DNA of 64,000 bases from Eledone cirrhosa (lineage: Eukaryota): contig OZ024766.1 in NCBI GenBank assembly GCA_964016885.1, forward strand, positions 1,860,001 to 1,924,000, given 5' to 3'. This document shows, piece by piece, positions 1 to 61,561 of this stretch. The position numbers and the translations under genes were made by a program. Position 1 is the first letter of the stretch. Each line of letters starts with the position of its first letter. The notes beneath the pieces were generated by a model. The model ran no database searches, was not told the origin of the DNA, and was given only the letters and a program-made list of their open reading frames with translations.

Positions 1-365
1 CGCCAGCCACATTAACAGTGTGGACTGGGTGCTTTTGTTGTGACACCTGCATGACCACTTTACAGTGTGGACTGCCTGATTTTTGTAATGACACCTACAT
101 GATCACTTTACAGTGTGGACTGGGTGTCTTTTGTTGTGACACCTACATGACCACTTTACAGTGTGGACTGGGTGCTTTTTGTCATGATACCTACATGATC
201 ACTTTACAGTGTAGACTGGGTGTCTTTTGTTGTGACACCTACATGACCACTTTACAGTGTGGACTGGATGTCTTTTGTTGTGACACCTACATGACCACTT
301 TACAGTGTGAACTGGGTGCTTTTTATCCTGTCAACCTGCACGACCACTTTACAGTGAATACTGGA
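1..365. repeat. 48-bp minisatellite (actttacagtgtggactgggtgctttttgttgtgacacctacatgacc), ~7 copies
   Basis: Direct tandem units that generate a spurious 16-aa-repeat ORF. Confidence 0.9.
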
Positions 366-384
366 TACTTTTTATATTCAGTAT

Positions 385-1348
385 GTCCTGAGACATTCTA
401 ACCACATGTCCATAGTATCAGAGCTGTGATCTCTCAATTCGGAGAAGTAGTGGCTCTACCTGGAGTGACTCTCCAGTGATTCTTTCCTGAGACATTCTAA
501 CCACATGCCCATAGTATTAGAGCTGTGATCTCTCAATTCGGAGAAGTAGTGGCTCTACCTGGAGTGACTCTCCAGTGATTCTTTCCTGAGACATTCTAAC
601 CACATGCCCATAGTATCAGAGCTGTGATCTCTCAATTCGGAGAAGTAGTGGCTCTACCTGGAGTGACTCCAGTGATTCTTTCCTGAGACATTCTAACCAC
701 ATGTCCATAGTACCAGAGCTGTGATCTCTCAATTCAGAGAAGTAGCAGCTCTACCTGGAGTGACTCTCCAGTGATTCTTTCCTGAGACATTCTAACCACA
801 TGCCCATAGTATCAGAGCTGTGATCTCTCAATTCGGAGAAGTAGTGGCTCTACCTGGAGTGACTCTCCAGTGATTCTTTCCTGAGACATTCTAACCACAT
901 GTCCATAGTACCAGAGCTGTGATCTCTCAATTCAGAGAAGTAGCAGCTCTACCTGGAGTGACTCTCCAGTGATTCTTTCCTGAGACACTCTAACCACATG
1001 CCCATAGTATTAGAGCTGTGATCTCTCAATTCAGAGAAGTAGCAGCTCTACCTGGAGTGACTCTCCAGTGATTCTTTCCTGAGACATTCTAACCACATGT
1101 CCATAGTATCAGAGCTGTGATCTCTCAATTCAGAGAAGTAGCAGCTCTACCTGGAGTGACTCTCCAGTGATTCTTTCCTGAGACATTCTAACCACATGTC
1201 CATAGTACCAGAGCTGTGATCTCTCAATTCAGAGAAGTAGCAGCTCTACCTGGAGTGACTCTCCAGTGATTCTTTCCTGAGACATTCTAACCACATGCCC
1301 ATAGTATCAGAGCTGTGATCTCTCAATTCAGAGAAGTAGTGGCTCTAC
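385..1348. repeat. 99-bp tandem repeat, ~9.7 copies
   Basis: cctgagacattctaaccacatg recurs at 387, 486 and onward. Confidence 0.92.
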
Positions 1349-1687
1349 TTATATATTTATAATATAGTTAATATGAAGCATTGTGAGACATAATAAATGA
1401 CTGGTAAATTTCAGAAAGTCAGAACAATGCTGTAGAAATATATAAAGGGCAAAGGATGACAAATAAAACAGAAGAAACTGTTTTTCTTGCCCAGTATATT
1501 TCCACAATATTTCAGGGTTAAACCCTCTTTTCAATTTTAACTACAAAACAAATGAACAATCGATGTAAGGAAAACAATAGTTAGTTTTGTTTTATTTCTC
1601 ATCCTTTGGCCTTTATATATTTCTACCTCATTGTATTGGTGTTCTGAAATATTTATCAGTCATATGTGTGTGTATATATATATATAT

Positions 1688-2672
1688 ATCATCATCATCA
1701 TTTAAAGTCTATCTTCCACGCTAGCATGGTTTAGACGGGAGTTGTCCCACTTGAGGCAAGATTGGTCGAGTGACCATGTCTCGCTCATATAGGACTATCT
1801 GGCAGGCTTTCTACGGCTGGATGCCCTTCCTAACGCCAACCACATTTACAGTGTGGACTGGGTACTTTTTGTTGTGTCACCTACATGTTCACTTTACAGT
1901 GTGGACTGGGTACTTTTTGTTGTGTCACCTACATGTTCACTTTACAGAGTGGACTGGGTGCTTTTTGTTGTGACACTTACATGACCACTTTACAGTGTGG
2001 ACTGGGTGCTTTTTGTTGTGACACCTACATGTTCACTTTACAGTGTAGACTGGGTACTTTTTGTTGTGACACTTACATGTTCACTTTACAGAGTGGACTG
2101 GGTGCTTTTTGTTGTGACACCTACATGACCACTTTACAGTGTAGACTGGGTACTTTTTGTTGGGACACCTACATGACCACTTTACAGTGTAGACTGGGTA
2201 CTTTTTGTTGTGACACATACATGACCACTTTACAGTGTGGACTGGGTACTTTTTGTTGTGACACATACATGACCACTTTACAGTGTGGACTGGGTGCTTT
2301 TTGTTGTGACACCTACATGACCACTTTACAGAGTGGACTGGGTGCTTTTTGTTGTGACACATACATGACCACTTTACAGTGTGGACTGGGTGCTTTTTGT
2401 TGTGACACCTACATGACCACTTTACAGAGTGGACTGGGTGCTTTTTGTTGTGACACCTACATGACCACTTTACAGTGTAGACTGGGTACTTTTTGTTGGG
2501 ACACCTACATGACCACTTTACAGTGTAGACTGGGTACTTTTTGTTGTGACACATACATGACCACTTTACAGTGTGGACTGGGTACTTTTTGTTGTGACAC
2601 CTACATGACCACTTTACAGTGTGGACTGGGTGCTTTTTGTTGTGACACATACATGACCACTTTACAGTGTGT
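1688..2672 (-). mobile_element. VNTR-bearing SINE-like element (ATG-repeat tail plus ~17 x 48-bp units)
   Basis: Tail catcatcatttaa..tcttccacgctagcatgg, core ggatgcccttcctaacgccaac, then the 48-bp array. Confidence 0.75.
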
Positions 2673-2699
2673 ACCGGGTGCTGTTTTTGGTGTGTATGT

Positions 2700-2870
2700 A
2701 TAAAAAAGTGCAGAGCGATGAAAATTGATAGAATCTACAGAGTAGGTAGGCCAAGAAAAACCTGGGACGATGTGATAAAAACTGACCTTGCTCACCTACA
2801 CCTCTCTAAGACAATGACACTGGATCGAGATCTTTGGCGCTATGCAGCTGTACAGAAGACCTCCCTCCTC
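2700..2870 (+). mobile_element. RTE-clade LINE ORF C-terminal fragment
   Basis: KCRAMKID...GRPRKTWDDVIKTDL...DRDLWR motif typical of RTE 3' ends. Confidence 0.7.
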
Positions 2871-2924
2871 TTGCATACAAACTCACATCTACAGTCAGTA
2901 GGCACCTCGTAACCCAATATACAC

Positions 2925-3250
2925 CCCAGCTCACACCCCTGGTCCATCCTCCCATTTTCATCCACTGTAAAGGGGTCGTGAAGGTGTCTTGACAAAAAGG
3001 CTCCCAGTCCACATTGTCAAGTGGTCGAGTCGGTGACACAACAAAAAGCACCCTTGTCGGTGTCATGGCATAAAGCACCCAGTCCACACTGTAAAGTGGT
3101 TGGTTGGTGTTAGGAAGGGCATCCAGCTGTAGAAAACCTGCCATACAGTTCTATACGAGTGAGACACGGTCACACGACCAATCTTGCCTCAAGTGGGACA
3201 AACCCGTCCAACCCATGCTAGCGTGGAAGATAGACGTTAAATGATGATGA
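2925..3250 (+). mobile_element. Short copy of the VNTR-bearing element (only ~3 degenerate units)
   Basis: Same 5' end (cacacccct..catccactgtaaaggggtc) and same tail (cccatgctagcgtggaagatagacgttaaatgatgatga). Confidence 0.7.
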
Positions 3251-3253
3251 TAA

Positions 3254-3316
<63 letters not shown>

Positions 3317-3368
3317 AATATGTGTGTGTGTGTGTATATATATATGTGTGTGTGTGTGTATATATATA

Positions 3369-3421
<53 letters not shown>

Positions 3422-3426
3422 ATATA

Positions 3427-3495
<69 letters not shown>

Positions 3496-3576
3496 ATATA
3501 TATGTGTGTGTGTGTGTGTGTATATATATGTGTGTGTGTGTGTGTATATATATGTGTGTGTGTGTGTGTGTATATA

Positions 3577-3607
<31 letters not shown>

Positions 3608-3640
3608 GTGTATATATGTGTGTGTGTGTGTGTGTATATA

Positions 3641-3697
<57 letters not shown>

Positions 3698-3700
3698 GTA

Positions 3701-3812
3701 CCGGTGTGCTGAAAAGTTCCTGGCTTTGGGTAAAAGAAAATACTGGAAGATCTGTTAATTGTTATTTTATTCAACATATCCCCTCTCAGATTGACACCCT
3801 TATTGCAGCAGC
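3701..3812 (+). mobile_element. Mariner-like element left end
   Basis: gtgctgaaaagttcctggc...ttcaacatatcccctctcagattgacacccttattgcagc resembles mariner terminal and subterminal sequence, and follows a TA. Confidence 0.45.
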
Positions 3813-5385
3813 CCTACCTCCCCTGTAAAGGTAACACAGCTCTACCCTTTCGTGACACTTATTGCAGAGGTCCTACCTCCCCTGTAAAGGTAGCAGAGCT
3901 CTACCCTTTCGTGACACTTATTGCAGAGGTCCTACCTCCCCTGTAAAGGTAGCAGAGCTCTACCCTTTTGTGACACTTATTGCAGAGGTCCTACTTCCCC
4001 TGTAAAGGTAACAGAGCTCTACCCTTTTGTGACACTTATTGCAGAGGTCCTACCTCCCCTGTAAAGGTAGCAGAGCTCTACCCTTTCGTGACACTTATTG
4101 CAGAGGTCCTACTTCCCTTATAAAGGTAACACAGCTCTACCCTTTCGTGACATTTATTGCAGAGGTCCTACCTCCCCTGTAAAGGTAACACAGCTCTACC
4201 CTTTCGTGACACTTATTGCAGAGGTCCTACTTCCCTTATAAAGGTAACACAGCTCTACCCTTTCGTGACATTTATTGCAGAGGTCCTACCTCCCCTGTAA
4301 AGGTAACACAGCTCTACCCTTTCGTGACACTTATTGCAGAGGTCCTACTTCCCTTATAAAGGTAACAGAGCTCTACCCTGTCGTGACATTCATTGCAGAG
4401 GTCCTACCTCCCTTATAAAGGTAGCAGAGCTCTACCCTTTCGTGACACTTATTGCAGAGGTCCTACCTCCCCTGTAAAGGTAACAGAGCTCTACCCTTTC
4501 GTGACATTTATTGCAGAGGTCCTACCTCCCTTATAAAGGTAGCAGAGCTCTACCCTTTCGTGACACTTATTGCAGAGGTCCTACTTCCCTTATAAAGGTA
4601 ACAGAGCTCTACCCTTTTGTGACACTTATTGCAGAGGTCCTACCTCCCCTGTAAAGGTAGCAGAGCTCTACCCATTCGTGACACTTATTGCAGAGGTCCT
4701 ACCTCCCCTGTAAAGGTAACACAGCTCTACCCTTTCGTGACACTTATTGCAGAGGTCCTACTTCCCTTATAAAGGTAACAGAGCTCTACCCTTTCGTGAC
4801 ATTTATTGCAGAGGTCCTACCTCCCCTGTAAAGGTAGCAGAGCTCTACCCATTCGTGACACTTATTGCAGAGGTCCTACCTCCCCTGTAAAGGTAACACA
4901 GCTCTACCCTTTCGTGACACTTATTGCAGAGGTCCTACCTCCCTTATAAAGGTAGCAGAGCTCTACCCTTTCGTGACACTTATTGCAGAGGTCCTACCTC
5001 CCTTATAAAGGTAGCAGAGCTCTACCCTTTCGTGACACTTATTGCAGAGGTCCTACCTCCCCTGTAAAGGTAACAGAGCTCTACCCATTCGTGACACTTA
5101 TTGCAGAGGTCCTACCTCCCCTGTAAAGGTAACACAGCTCTACCCTTTCGTGACATTTATTGCAGAGGTCTTACTTCCCTTATAAAGGTAACACAGCTCT
5201 ACCCTTTCGTGACACTTATTGCAGAGGTCCTACTTCCCTTATAAAGGTAACAGAGCTCTACCCTTTTGTGACACTTATTGCAGCAGTCCTACCTCCCCTG
5301 TAAAGGTAACAGAGCTCTACCCATTCGTGACACTTATTGCAGAGGTCCTACTTCCCCTGTAAAGGTAACAGCTCTACCCTTTCGT
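3795..5385. repeat. 59-bp tandem repeat, ~27 copies
   Basis: gtaaaggta recurs at 3825, 3884 and onward. Confidence 0.92.
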
Positions 5386-5789
5386 GTGTAAATCATACTA
5401 AACATACCAGCAATTATACCACACTCACACTTGAGTCGACACTCACACTGATACACTTCACTCAGGTATCTATCTATTTCTCCAATCACCTTCCACGGGT
5501 ACACTCTTGAGAGATGGTCATATTTGGATTCTAAGAGCCTTGTGTTCCCTGTATGAACAATATAATGTATATACATATAAATATATATACATGTGTGCGT
5601 ATATATATGTGTGTGTGTGTATGTGTGTGTATATATGTGTGTGTGTATATATATGTGTGTATATATAAATGTGTGTGTATATATATGTGTGTATATATAA
5701 ATGTGTGTGTATATATATATGTGTATATATATATATGTGTGTATATATATATGTGTATATATATATATGTGTGTATATATATATGTGTG

Positions 5790-5854
<65 letters not shown>

Positions 5855-7589
5855 AGATATATATAATATATGTGTATATACGTATGTGTGTATATATACA
5901 TATATAAATATATGCACGTGTGTGTGCATATATATTTCTAGATATATAAAATATATATATATAATAATATTTTTATATATATACATGTGTATAAATAATA
6001 TATACATCTATATACATGTGTGTATATAAATATATACACATAAACATTGGAAATTATGACTCACTACCCCCCCCCCCCCCAAAACAGATTGTCAACCCTC
6101 CCCCCTCCCTCTTATGATATATCACCTCTTCCCTCTCCCTTCCCATTCATTCTATTCCCCCTCCTACTCCCTCACTATATCACTCCCTCTCTCTCACTTG
6201 TTTCCCCCCTCCTACTCCCTCACTATATCACTCCCCTTCTCTCACTTGTTTCCCCCCTCCTACTGCCTCACTATATCACTCCCTCTCTCTTTTGTTTCCC
6301 CCTCCTACTCCCTCACTATATCAATCCCTCTCTGTCACTTGTTCCCCCTCCTATTAAATCTATCTTCTCTCACCCCCCCCCTCTCTCATTAAATCACTCT
6401 CCTTCACCTCCTCCCCTTCCCATTTCTCCCTCTCTATTGTACTTCATTTCCTTCTCCTACCCCTTCCCATTCATCCCTCTTTCTCCTCCTCTCACTAAAT
6501 CACTTTCGTTTTTCCTCCCCCTTTCATTCATCTCCCCTCTCCCTCTCCCCTTCCATTCATTCATCAAATTCCCTGTTTCTCTTGTTGCTAACTTGACAAA
6601 GTAGTAGTAGTAGTAGTGGCAGTAGTAGGATAGTAGTAATAGTAGTAGTAGGATAGTAGTAGTGGCAATAGTAGTAGTAGCAGTAGTGGTAGTAGGATAG
6701 TAGCAGTAGTGGTAGTATAGTGGTGGCAGTGGCAATAGTAGGATAGTAGTAGTGGCAATAGTGGTAGGAGGATAGTCGCAGTGGTGGTAGTAAGAGGTGT
6801 AGTGGTAGTGGTGGTAGTAAGAGGTGAGATGGTAGTGATGGTAGTGGCAGTGGTGGTAGTAAGAGGTGTGATGGTAGTTTAAGTGGTAAAAGGTTTGCAG
6901 TTTCCAATGACAACAGTATCTCACCACCACCACCACATACACTTTTATCATCAATCCACCCCTACACACACACATCAATAACACACACACACACATCAAT
7001 AACAACACACACACACACATCAATAACACACACACACACCAAAGTTAACTAGCTTTACATAGTGACTCATAAACTGCTTTCAATTTCTCACACACACAGC
7101 CTCTCTCTCTCTCTGTCTCACACACAGCCCCACCTCCTCTCTCTGTCTCACACACAGCCCCACCTCCTCTCTCTGTCTCACACACACGGCCCCTCCTCTC
7201 TCTGTCTCACACACACACGGCCCCACCTCTCTCTGTCTCACACACACGGCCCCACCTCTCTCTGTCTCACACACACACACACACGAAGACTCTCTCACAC
7301 ACACAGCCTCTCTCTCTCACACAGCCCCCTCTCTCTCTCACACACCGCCCCTCTCTCTCACACACCGCCCCTCTCTCTCACCCCCCCACCCCCCACCCTC
7401 TCTCACACACCACACCAGACATCCAATAATGGATGTTTTAATGGATGAAAGTGAAATAAGCTCCAACTATTTTTCTTTCTACAACATAGCCACAATGTTT
7501 CAGCAAAACAAGTGATTGCTAAATTTTCTAGTTTGTCTCCATTGATTTTTTTTTTTTTTTTTTAAACCAGAATTAGTCGTTTAGTTTAC

Positions 7590-7740
7590 ATAATTGTTTC
7601 TACTTTAGGCACAAGGCCAGCAATAATCCAGTGCATTACTGGTACTTTATTTTATCGACCCCGTAAGGATGAAAGGCAAAGTCAACCTCGGCGGGATTTG
7701 AAGTTGACTTTGCCTTTCATCCTTACGGGGTCGATAAAGT
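7590..7740. mobile_element. SINE family B fragment folded back on itself (36-bp arms)
   Basis: 7651-7686 is the reverse complement of 7703-7738. Confidence 0.7.
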
Positions 7741-7894
7741 TTTTACATAATGAGACCCCCAACCCATTCTATTTATTTTATAACATAAGATTTCTAATAA
7801 TGTACTTTGTTGTCATGGCTAAAGAAATTTAATTGTTGCAGGAATAAAATTTCGCCAGAGCTAGATTAGGAAACTATAATTATAAAACCATATT

Positions 7895-7955
7895 TATTCT
7901 ATTATATACATTTCAAGGGTACCAAAACTTTGGTATGCTCTCATCAGATAAAATA
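7895..7955 (-). ncRNA. Type I hammerhead motif, same family as 44585
   Basis: Reverse strand reads tattttat-CTGATGA-gagcataccaa-agtt-ttggtaccctt-GAAA-tgtatat-A-atagaata. Confidence 0.62.
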
Positions 7956-8157
7956 CAAAGGTTGTTTTATAATACTGACATATCCAGGAATGAGACCTTA
8001 TACGATTCAAGTTTTACCTGGATAGTCATTTATTAATATCATTGTATATTATACTCCAGAAAACTGTTGAGTGCTTCGAATCTGTTATAAATATATATAT
8101 ATTTGTTGAATTACCAACAAATTAAATATCCCTTTGCTTATATATATATATATATAT

Positions 8158-8481
8158 CATTTCATCATTTCATTTTACGTCCGCTTTTTCCCTGCTTGCA
8201 AGGGTGGGACGGGAACTGATTCTGGCTTGATTTCTACAGCTGGATGCCCTTCCTAACACCAACCTCATTTACAGTGAGTGCTGGGTGCTTTTTGCCGTGG
8301 CACCTCCACGACCACTTTACAGTGGAATGATAGGGATCCCAGTCCCTATCATCTCATTTCTACAGCTGAGTAAACTGGAGCAATGTGAAATAAAGTGTCT
8401 TGCTCAAGGAAACAACACATCACCCGGTCTGAGAATTGAACTCACAACCTTTCGATTGCAAGGCTCTAACCACTAAGCCAT
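8158..8481 (-). mobile_element. tRNA-derived SINE family A
   Basis: A-box tggcttagtgg, B-box gagttcaattc, core ccttgagcaagacact and ATG-repeat tail. Near-identical copies at 31792, 38034 and 50971. Confidence 0.85.
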
Positions 8482-8641
8482 ATATATATGTGTGTGTGTG
8501 TGTGTGTGAAATATAAGAGTACAGTGTTCACAATAAGTGAGGGAATCTTACACAACTATTACAGGCAAGGGGAGGTAATTATTACTTTTTATGTTATACT
8601 CATATATGTCATTCACCTCGTTTGTTGAACAAACATGTTTC

Positions 8642-8685
<44 letters not shown>

Positions 8686-8748
8686 GATATATATATATAT
8701 ATATAGATATACCAGTATGTAAATATGTATGTGTTATCTATCTTCTAT

Positions 8749-10245
8749 CTATATATATAAAGTTGTGGTTGTCTGTCTGTCTATCGATTTTTGGCACACA
8801 TCTCCTCTTAGAATCTCTGACGGAATTGCACCGAAATTGCTATACTTGTACATTGAGCCCTAGCGAAGACATCGGAAAAAAAATATTTCAAATTGACCCA
8901 CCCTATGTGACGAAATCGAATCTAATGTATCGATTTTTGAGCGTAAGTGACGAGTTATTTCCCTTTGTTCTGTTTACATTGAGCGTCTTACGTTCTGTTT
9001 ACATTTTCTGCGTGCAAAAATTAAAAAATTTCGTTAGGCGTGCAGACAGACAGTCGTGCAGAGAGGTGATATAGGCGTGCAGACAGACAGTCGTGCAGAG
9101 AGGTGATATAGGCGTGCAGACAGACAGTCGTGCAGAGAGGTGATATAGGCGTGCAGACAGACAGTCGTGCAGAGAGGTGATATAGGCGTGCAGACAGACA
9201 GTCGTGCAGAGAGGTGATATAGGCGATTATTTCCCTTTTATGGAATGAGCAGACGATTAGCGAATGTGCTGACGATTAAGTAAATCTTTAGTAGAGTGAA
9301 TTGGAATACTTTTTGCCAGTTTGTTTAATAGCTTCATTTGCACTGTACTGCCTTTGTATGCTACAACGCTTTAAAAGTTCGGCGAGTTCATTACTTCGTA
9401 AGTTATTGATATTTATTTTTTTATTACGACGGTTAGCAAACTTTCCCTATTAAACGCATGCATGTTCATGTAAAGATGACTTTGTAAATAGTGCATCTAT
9501 GACATTTTCTAGAATTTTGAGTGCTTTCCTCATTAGATGAATTGATTCGCAAAATTTATTTGTTCGCATTGTTTTATATTTAAGATACATTGGTCAGATT
9601 CCTTTGTCATATCGTGCCCTGATGCCTAAAAAAAGGACACCCTTATTACGACTGACGCGGTCTCAGATAACGAAAAGAAAGAGGCTGACTGAGGCGTCGT
9701 CGAGCATTAGACAGCCTGAAATAGCGGGGTGTTCAGTGAATGCAACATCCTTATGTGCTGCAGTGAAACACGTGGCATGTCAAACTCAGCTTGCAAGAAA
9801 TGCAACGGCAAAAGCAGCTGCGCGAGCTGCAGAGAATGATGTTCAACGTAAACTCCGTCAAAGCAGAGATGCGGCTGCTACTGCAACTGTACGAGCTGCA
9901 GAGAATGCTATTGAACGTACACTTCGTCAGATCAGAGATGCGGTTGCTACTGCAGCTGCGAGAGAAGCGGAGACAGCAGGTAACCGAACTATTCGACTGG
10001 GGGGTGTTTTTCAGTATAAAGCCAATAAGCGGGGTATTTCGAGGGCTGCGAAATCACGGTGGTCATTGAAGGCTTTCAATTATGTCCCCGCTAATAATTA
10101 TGCTGCACACCTTCATATTCAAATTGGTGACATGTCTGGAATTTGCCAGTTTTGCAAAGCTAAAAAGTGGCCGGGTGAACCAGCTGGAATGTGCTGCTCT
10201 AATGGTAAGGTCAACTTGCACCCTCCTAGAGATCCACCACAGCCA
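8749..10245 (+). mobile_element. Helitron 5' fragment with truncated Rep/helicase ORF (ATG 9622)
   Basis: 5' TC-TATATATAAAG..(GTCT)n start. ORF reads MPKKR..., helical R/A repeats, then IGDMSGICQFCKAKKWPGEPAGMCCSNGKVNL, the Cys motif at the N-terminus of Helitron RepHel proteins. Cut by a SINE at ~10246. Confidence 0.78.
9036..9225. repeat. 37-bp tandem repeat, 5 copies, inside the Helitron
   Basis: Unit aggcgtgcagacagacagtcgtgcagagaggtgatat. Confidence 0.92.
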
Positions 10246-10478
10246 CATCATTTTACGTCGGCTTTTCCCTGCTTGCAAGGGTGGGATGGGAACTGATACT
10301 GGCTTGATTTCTACAGCTGGATGCCCTTCCTAACACCAACCTCATTTACAGTGAGTGCTGGGTGCTTTTTTGCTGTGGCACCTCCACGACCACTTTGTAG
10401 TGGAATGATAGGGACCCCAGTCCCTATCATCTCATTTCTACAGCTGAGTAAACTGGAGCAATGTGAAATAAAGTGTCT
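10246..10478 (-). mobile_element. SINE family A, 5'-truncated
   Basis: Matches 8158-8400. Confidence 0.8.
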
Positions 10479-10748
10479 CCCTCTCCTCTCTCATCTTCCT
10501 CCCCTCTATCTCTCCCCTTCCTCCCCTCTATCTCTCCCCTTCCTCCCCTCTCTCTCTCCCCTTCCACTCTCCTCTCTCTCTCCCCCCTCTCTCTCCTCTC
10601 CCCTTCCTCTCACTCTCCTCTCACCCTCCTCTCACCACTACATTCCAGCTGTCATTCAACTCAAATCTTCACTGACTCACTGCAGCATGGCTTCTTGACT
10701 GCTAGTGGTGGTGGTAGTAGCAGCAGTAGTAGTGGTGGTAGTAGCAGC

Positions 10749-10780
<32 letters not shown>

Positions 10781-11234
10781 CAGTAGTAGCTGTATTTGCA
10801 GTAATAATTACTGGGGGGGGGGGGGGCTAGCAATATTAATTGTAGTAAATGTAGTAGTTGTAGTGGTAAATGTAGTAGTTGTAGTAGTGGTAATAGTAAA
10901 TGCTGTAGTAGTAGTGGTGGTGGTGGTGGTAGTAGTGGTGATAGTAGTAAATGCTGTAGTAGTGGTAGTAGTAAATGTGGTGGTAGTGGTAGTAGTAGTG
11001 GTGATAGTAGTAAATGGTGGTAGTGGTAGTAGTAAACGTGGTGGTAGTGGTCGTAGTAAATGCTGTAGTAGTGGTCGTAGTAAATGCTGTAGTAGTGGTA
11101 GTAGTAGTAAATGTGGTGGTAGAGGTAGCATTTACCCTACCCCAGTCTTATCATGTTGTTACACCTCACACCTATGTAGGTTTAGCTGGCCTCCTTACAA
11201 GGTTGTATCTCACAGGAGGTTTCTTTCTCTTTTA

Positions 11235-11340
11235 ATGATAGGGACCCCAGTCCTAATGATAGGGACCCCAGTCCTAATGATAGGGACCCCAGTCCCAATG
11301 ATAGGGACCCCAGTCCCAATGATAGGGACCCCAGTCCTAT
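11235..11340. repeat. 21-bp tandem repeat x5 (atgatagggaccccagtccta)
   Basis: Unit is nearly identical to an internal segment of SINE family A. Confidence 0.85.
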
Positions 11341-11349
11341 ATATGCTGG

Positions 11350-12025
11350 ACTAATACTCCTTAAGCAGACTTGGAAACCCTTCAAGATAGTACCCAGTGC
11401 TCCTATGACGATGAATACAACCTTCTTCTCATAACAGTCCCAAATCCTTTTCAGCTGCCACTTCAGATCCTGGTCCCCCGGTACGACCTTGTTCTCATGA
11501 CCGTGCCAGATCCTTTTCAGCTGCCACTTCAGATCCTGGTCCCCCGGTATGACCTTGTTCTCATGACCGTGCCAGATCCTTTTCAGCTGCCACTTCAGAT
11601 CCTGGTCCCCCGGTATCACCTTATTCTCATGACAGTCCCAAATCCTGGTCCCCCGGTATGACCTTGTTCTCATGACCGTGCCAGATCCTTTTCAGCTGCC
11701 ACTTCAGATCCTGGTCCCCCAGTACGACCTTGTTCTCATGACCGTGTCAGATCCTTTTCAGCTGCCACTTCAGATCCTGGTCCCCCGGTATGACCTTGTT
11801 CTCATGACAGTCCCAAATCCTGGTCCCCCGGTACGACCTTGTTCTCATGACAGTCCCTAGTCCTTTTCAGCTGCCACTTCAGATCCTGGTCCCCGGTTAA
11901 TTTTTTCCCCCTTTTCTTGCACTCTTGTGTCAAAGGGGCCAGGTTACATCTATAATAAAACAAGATCTTTATTCCTTGTCAAAAACCACCAGGTCAGACC
12001 TATTGTGTTCTAATTCTTTGTCTCT
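11350..12025 (-). mobile_element. Restriction-like-endonuclease LINE (R4/Dong/NeSL-type) 3' fragment with internal 66-bp tandem expansion
   Basis: Minus strand: HNRSDLVVFDK..CFIIDV..DTRVQEK..QDLKWQLKRIW..VVFIVIGALGT. A 22-codon unit repeats ~7 times at 11430-11895. Confidence 0.7.
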
Positions 12026-12134
12026 TTGTATACTATTATTATTGTTATTATAAAGTACCAGTAATGTACTGGAGTAATTGCTGGCCTTGTGCCAATAGTA
12101 GAAACAATTATTATTGTTATTATTAAAATATGAT

Positions 12135-12255
12135 CTGAGTTCAAATCCCGCCGAGGTTAACTTTGCCTTTCATCCTTACGGGGTCGATAAAATAAAGTAC
12201 CAGTAATGCACTGGGTAATTGCTGGCCTTGTGCCTAAAGTAGAAACAATTATTGT
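12135..12255 (+). mobile_element. SINE family B 3' part
   Basis: ctgagttcaaatcccgccgaggttaactttgcctttcatccttacggggtcgataaaataaagtaccag. Confidence 0.8.
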
Positions 12256-12261
12256 TATTAT

Positions 12262-12740
12262 TCTTCGGCCAATCCCTCATCAACTTCTTCAAGTTTCACC
12301 TGGAAAGGAAGGTGGGGGGTGGAGAGAGGAGAGGAGAGCTGCCCTGACCTCTCCAGTACATTTGTTAAAAGGTGGATGAATGTGGCGAGAATGGCGCCCG
12401 TGTGAATGGGCCCCTACACTGACCATGCCCCTATAGGCTAGCTAACTTGCGCAGAGGGGTGCTCTCCCTGGGTGTGCCCTAGAAGCGCAGGGTGGTTCAG
12501 GATTGGTGGGGGTACCCGAGTCACCCCAGGGTCGCCCATCTCCTATCAGGGGAATTTATTTTGTTATATTTATGCATAGTTTACTTTATATTTTTTTTAT
12601 AGTCTTGCCATTGTGCACTTTTACTGGACCTTATTGACCCCCCACACACACACTGTCCCTGTCTTTGTATTGTCCCCCTACATGTCGGCCCTTGTGGCTA
12701 ATAAATGAAATCATTATTATTATTATTATTATTATTATTT
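12262..12740 (+). mobile_element. Probable L1/Tx1-like LINE 3' end
   Basis: Degenerate GQSLINFFKFHLERKV..ER..FVKRWM, then ccttgtggctAATAAA and a microsatellite tail. Related tail copies at 33757-33800 and 33843-33890. Confidence 0.4.
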
Positions 12741-12840
12741 ACATTATTTTACTGTTTTCGTCCTTTCCTTATTTTTCCTTTTTCTTTTTTCTTTTTTCTT
12801 TTTCTCTTTTTTTTCTCTCCCACCCCCACCACACCCACGT

Positions 12841-12849
12841 CGCCATCTT
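12841..12849 (+). promoter_or_regulatory. YY1-type motif CGCCATCTT ~200 nt upstream of the exon-1 ATG
   Basis: Matches CGCCATNTT, which is often found near transcription starts. Position only, no functional data. Confidence 0.3.
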
Positions 12850-13044
12850 TAACACCACAAAGTCGTTAACAAAAGACTATTCAAACATTTGAAAGGGGAA
12901 AAAAAAGATTTACTCCCCTCCCCCCTCCCTCCCAAAAAAAAACAAAGGAAGGCCCCCCACCCCCTTCCTCTCCTCACCGCCGAGAAAATAAAATCCGAAC
13001 CCCTCCACCCCCACTCCACCCCCCACACACACGGAGAGACTAGA

Positions 13045-61523
<48,479 letters not shown>

Positions 61524-61528
61524 GCAGA

Positions 61529-61561
<33 letters not shown>

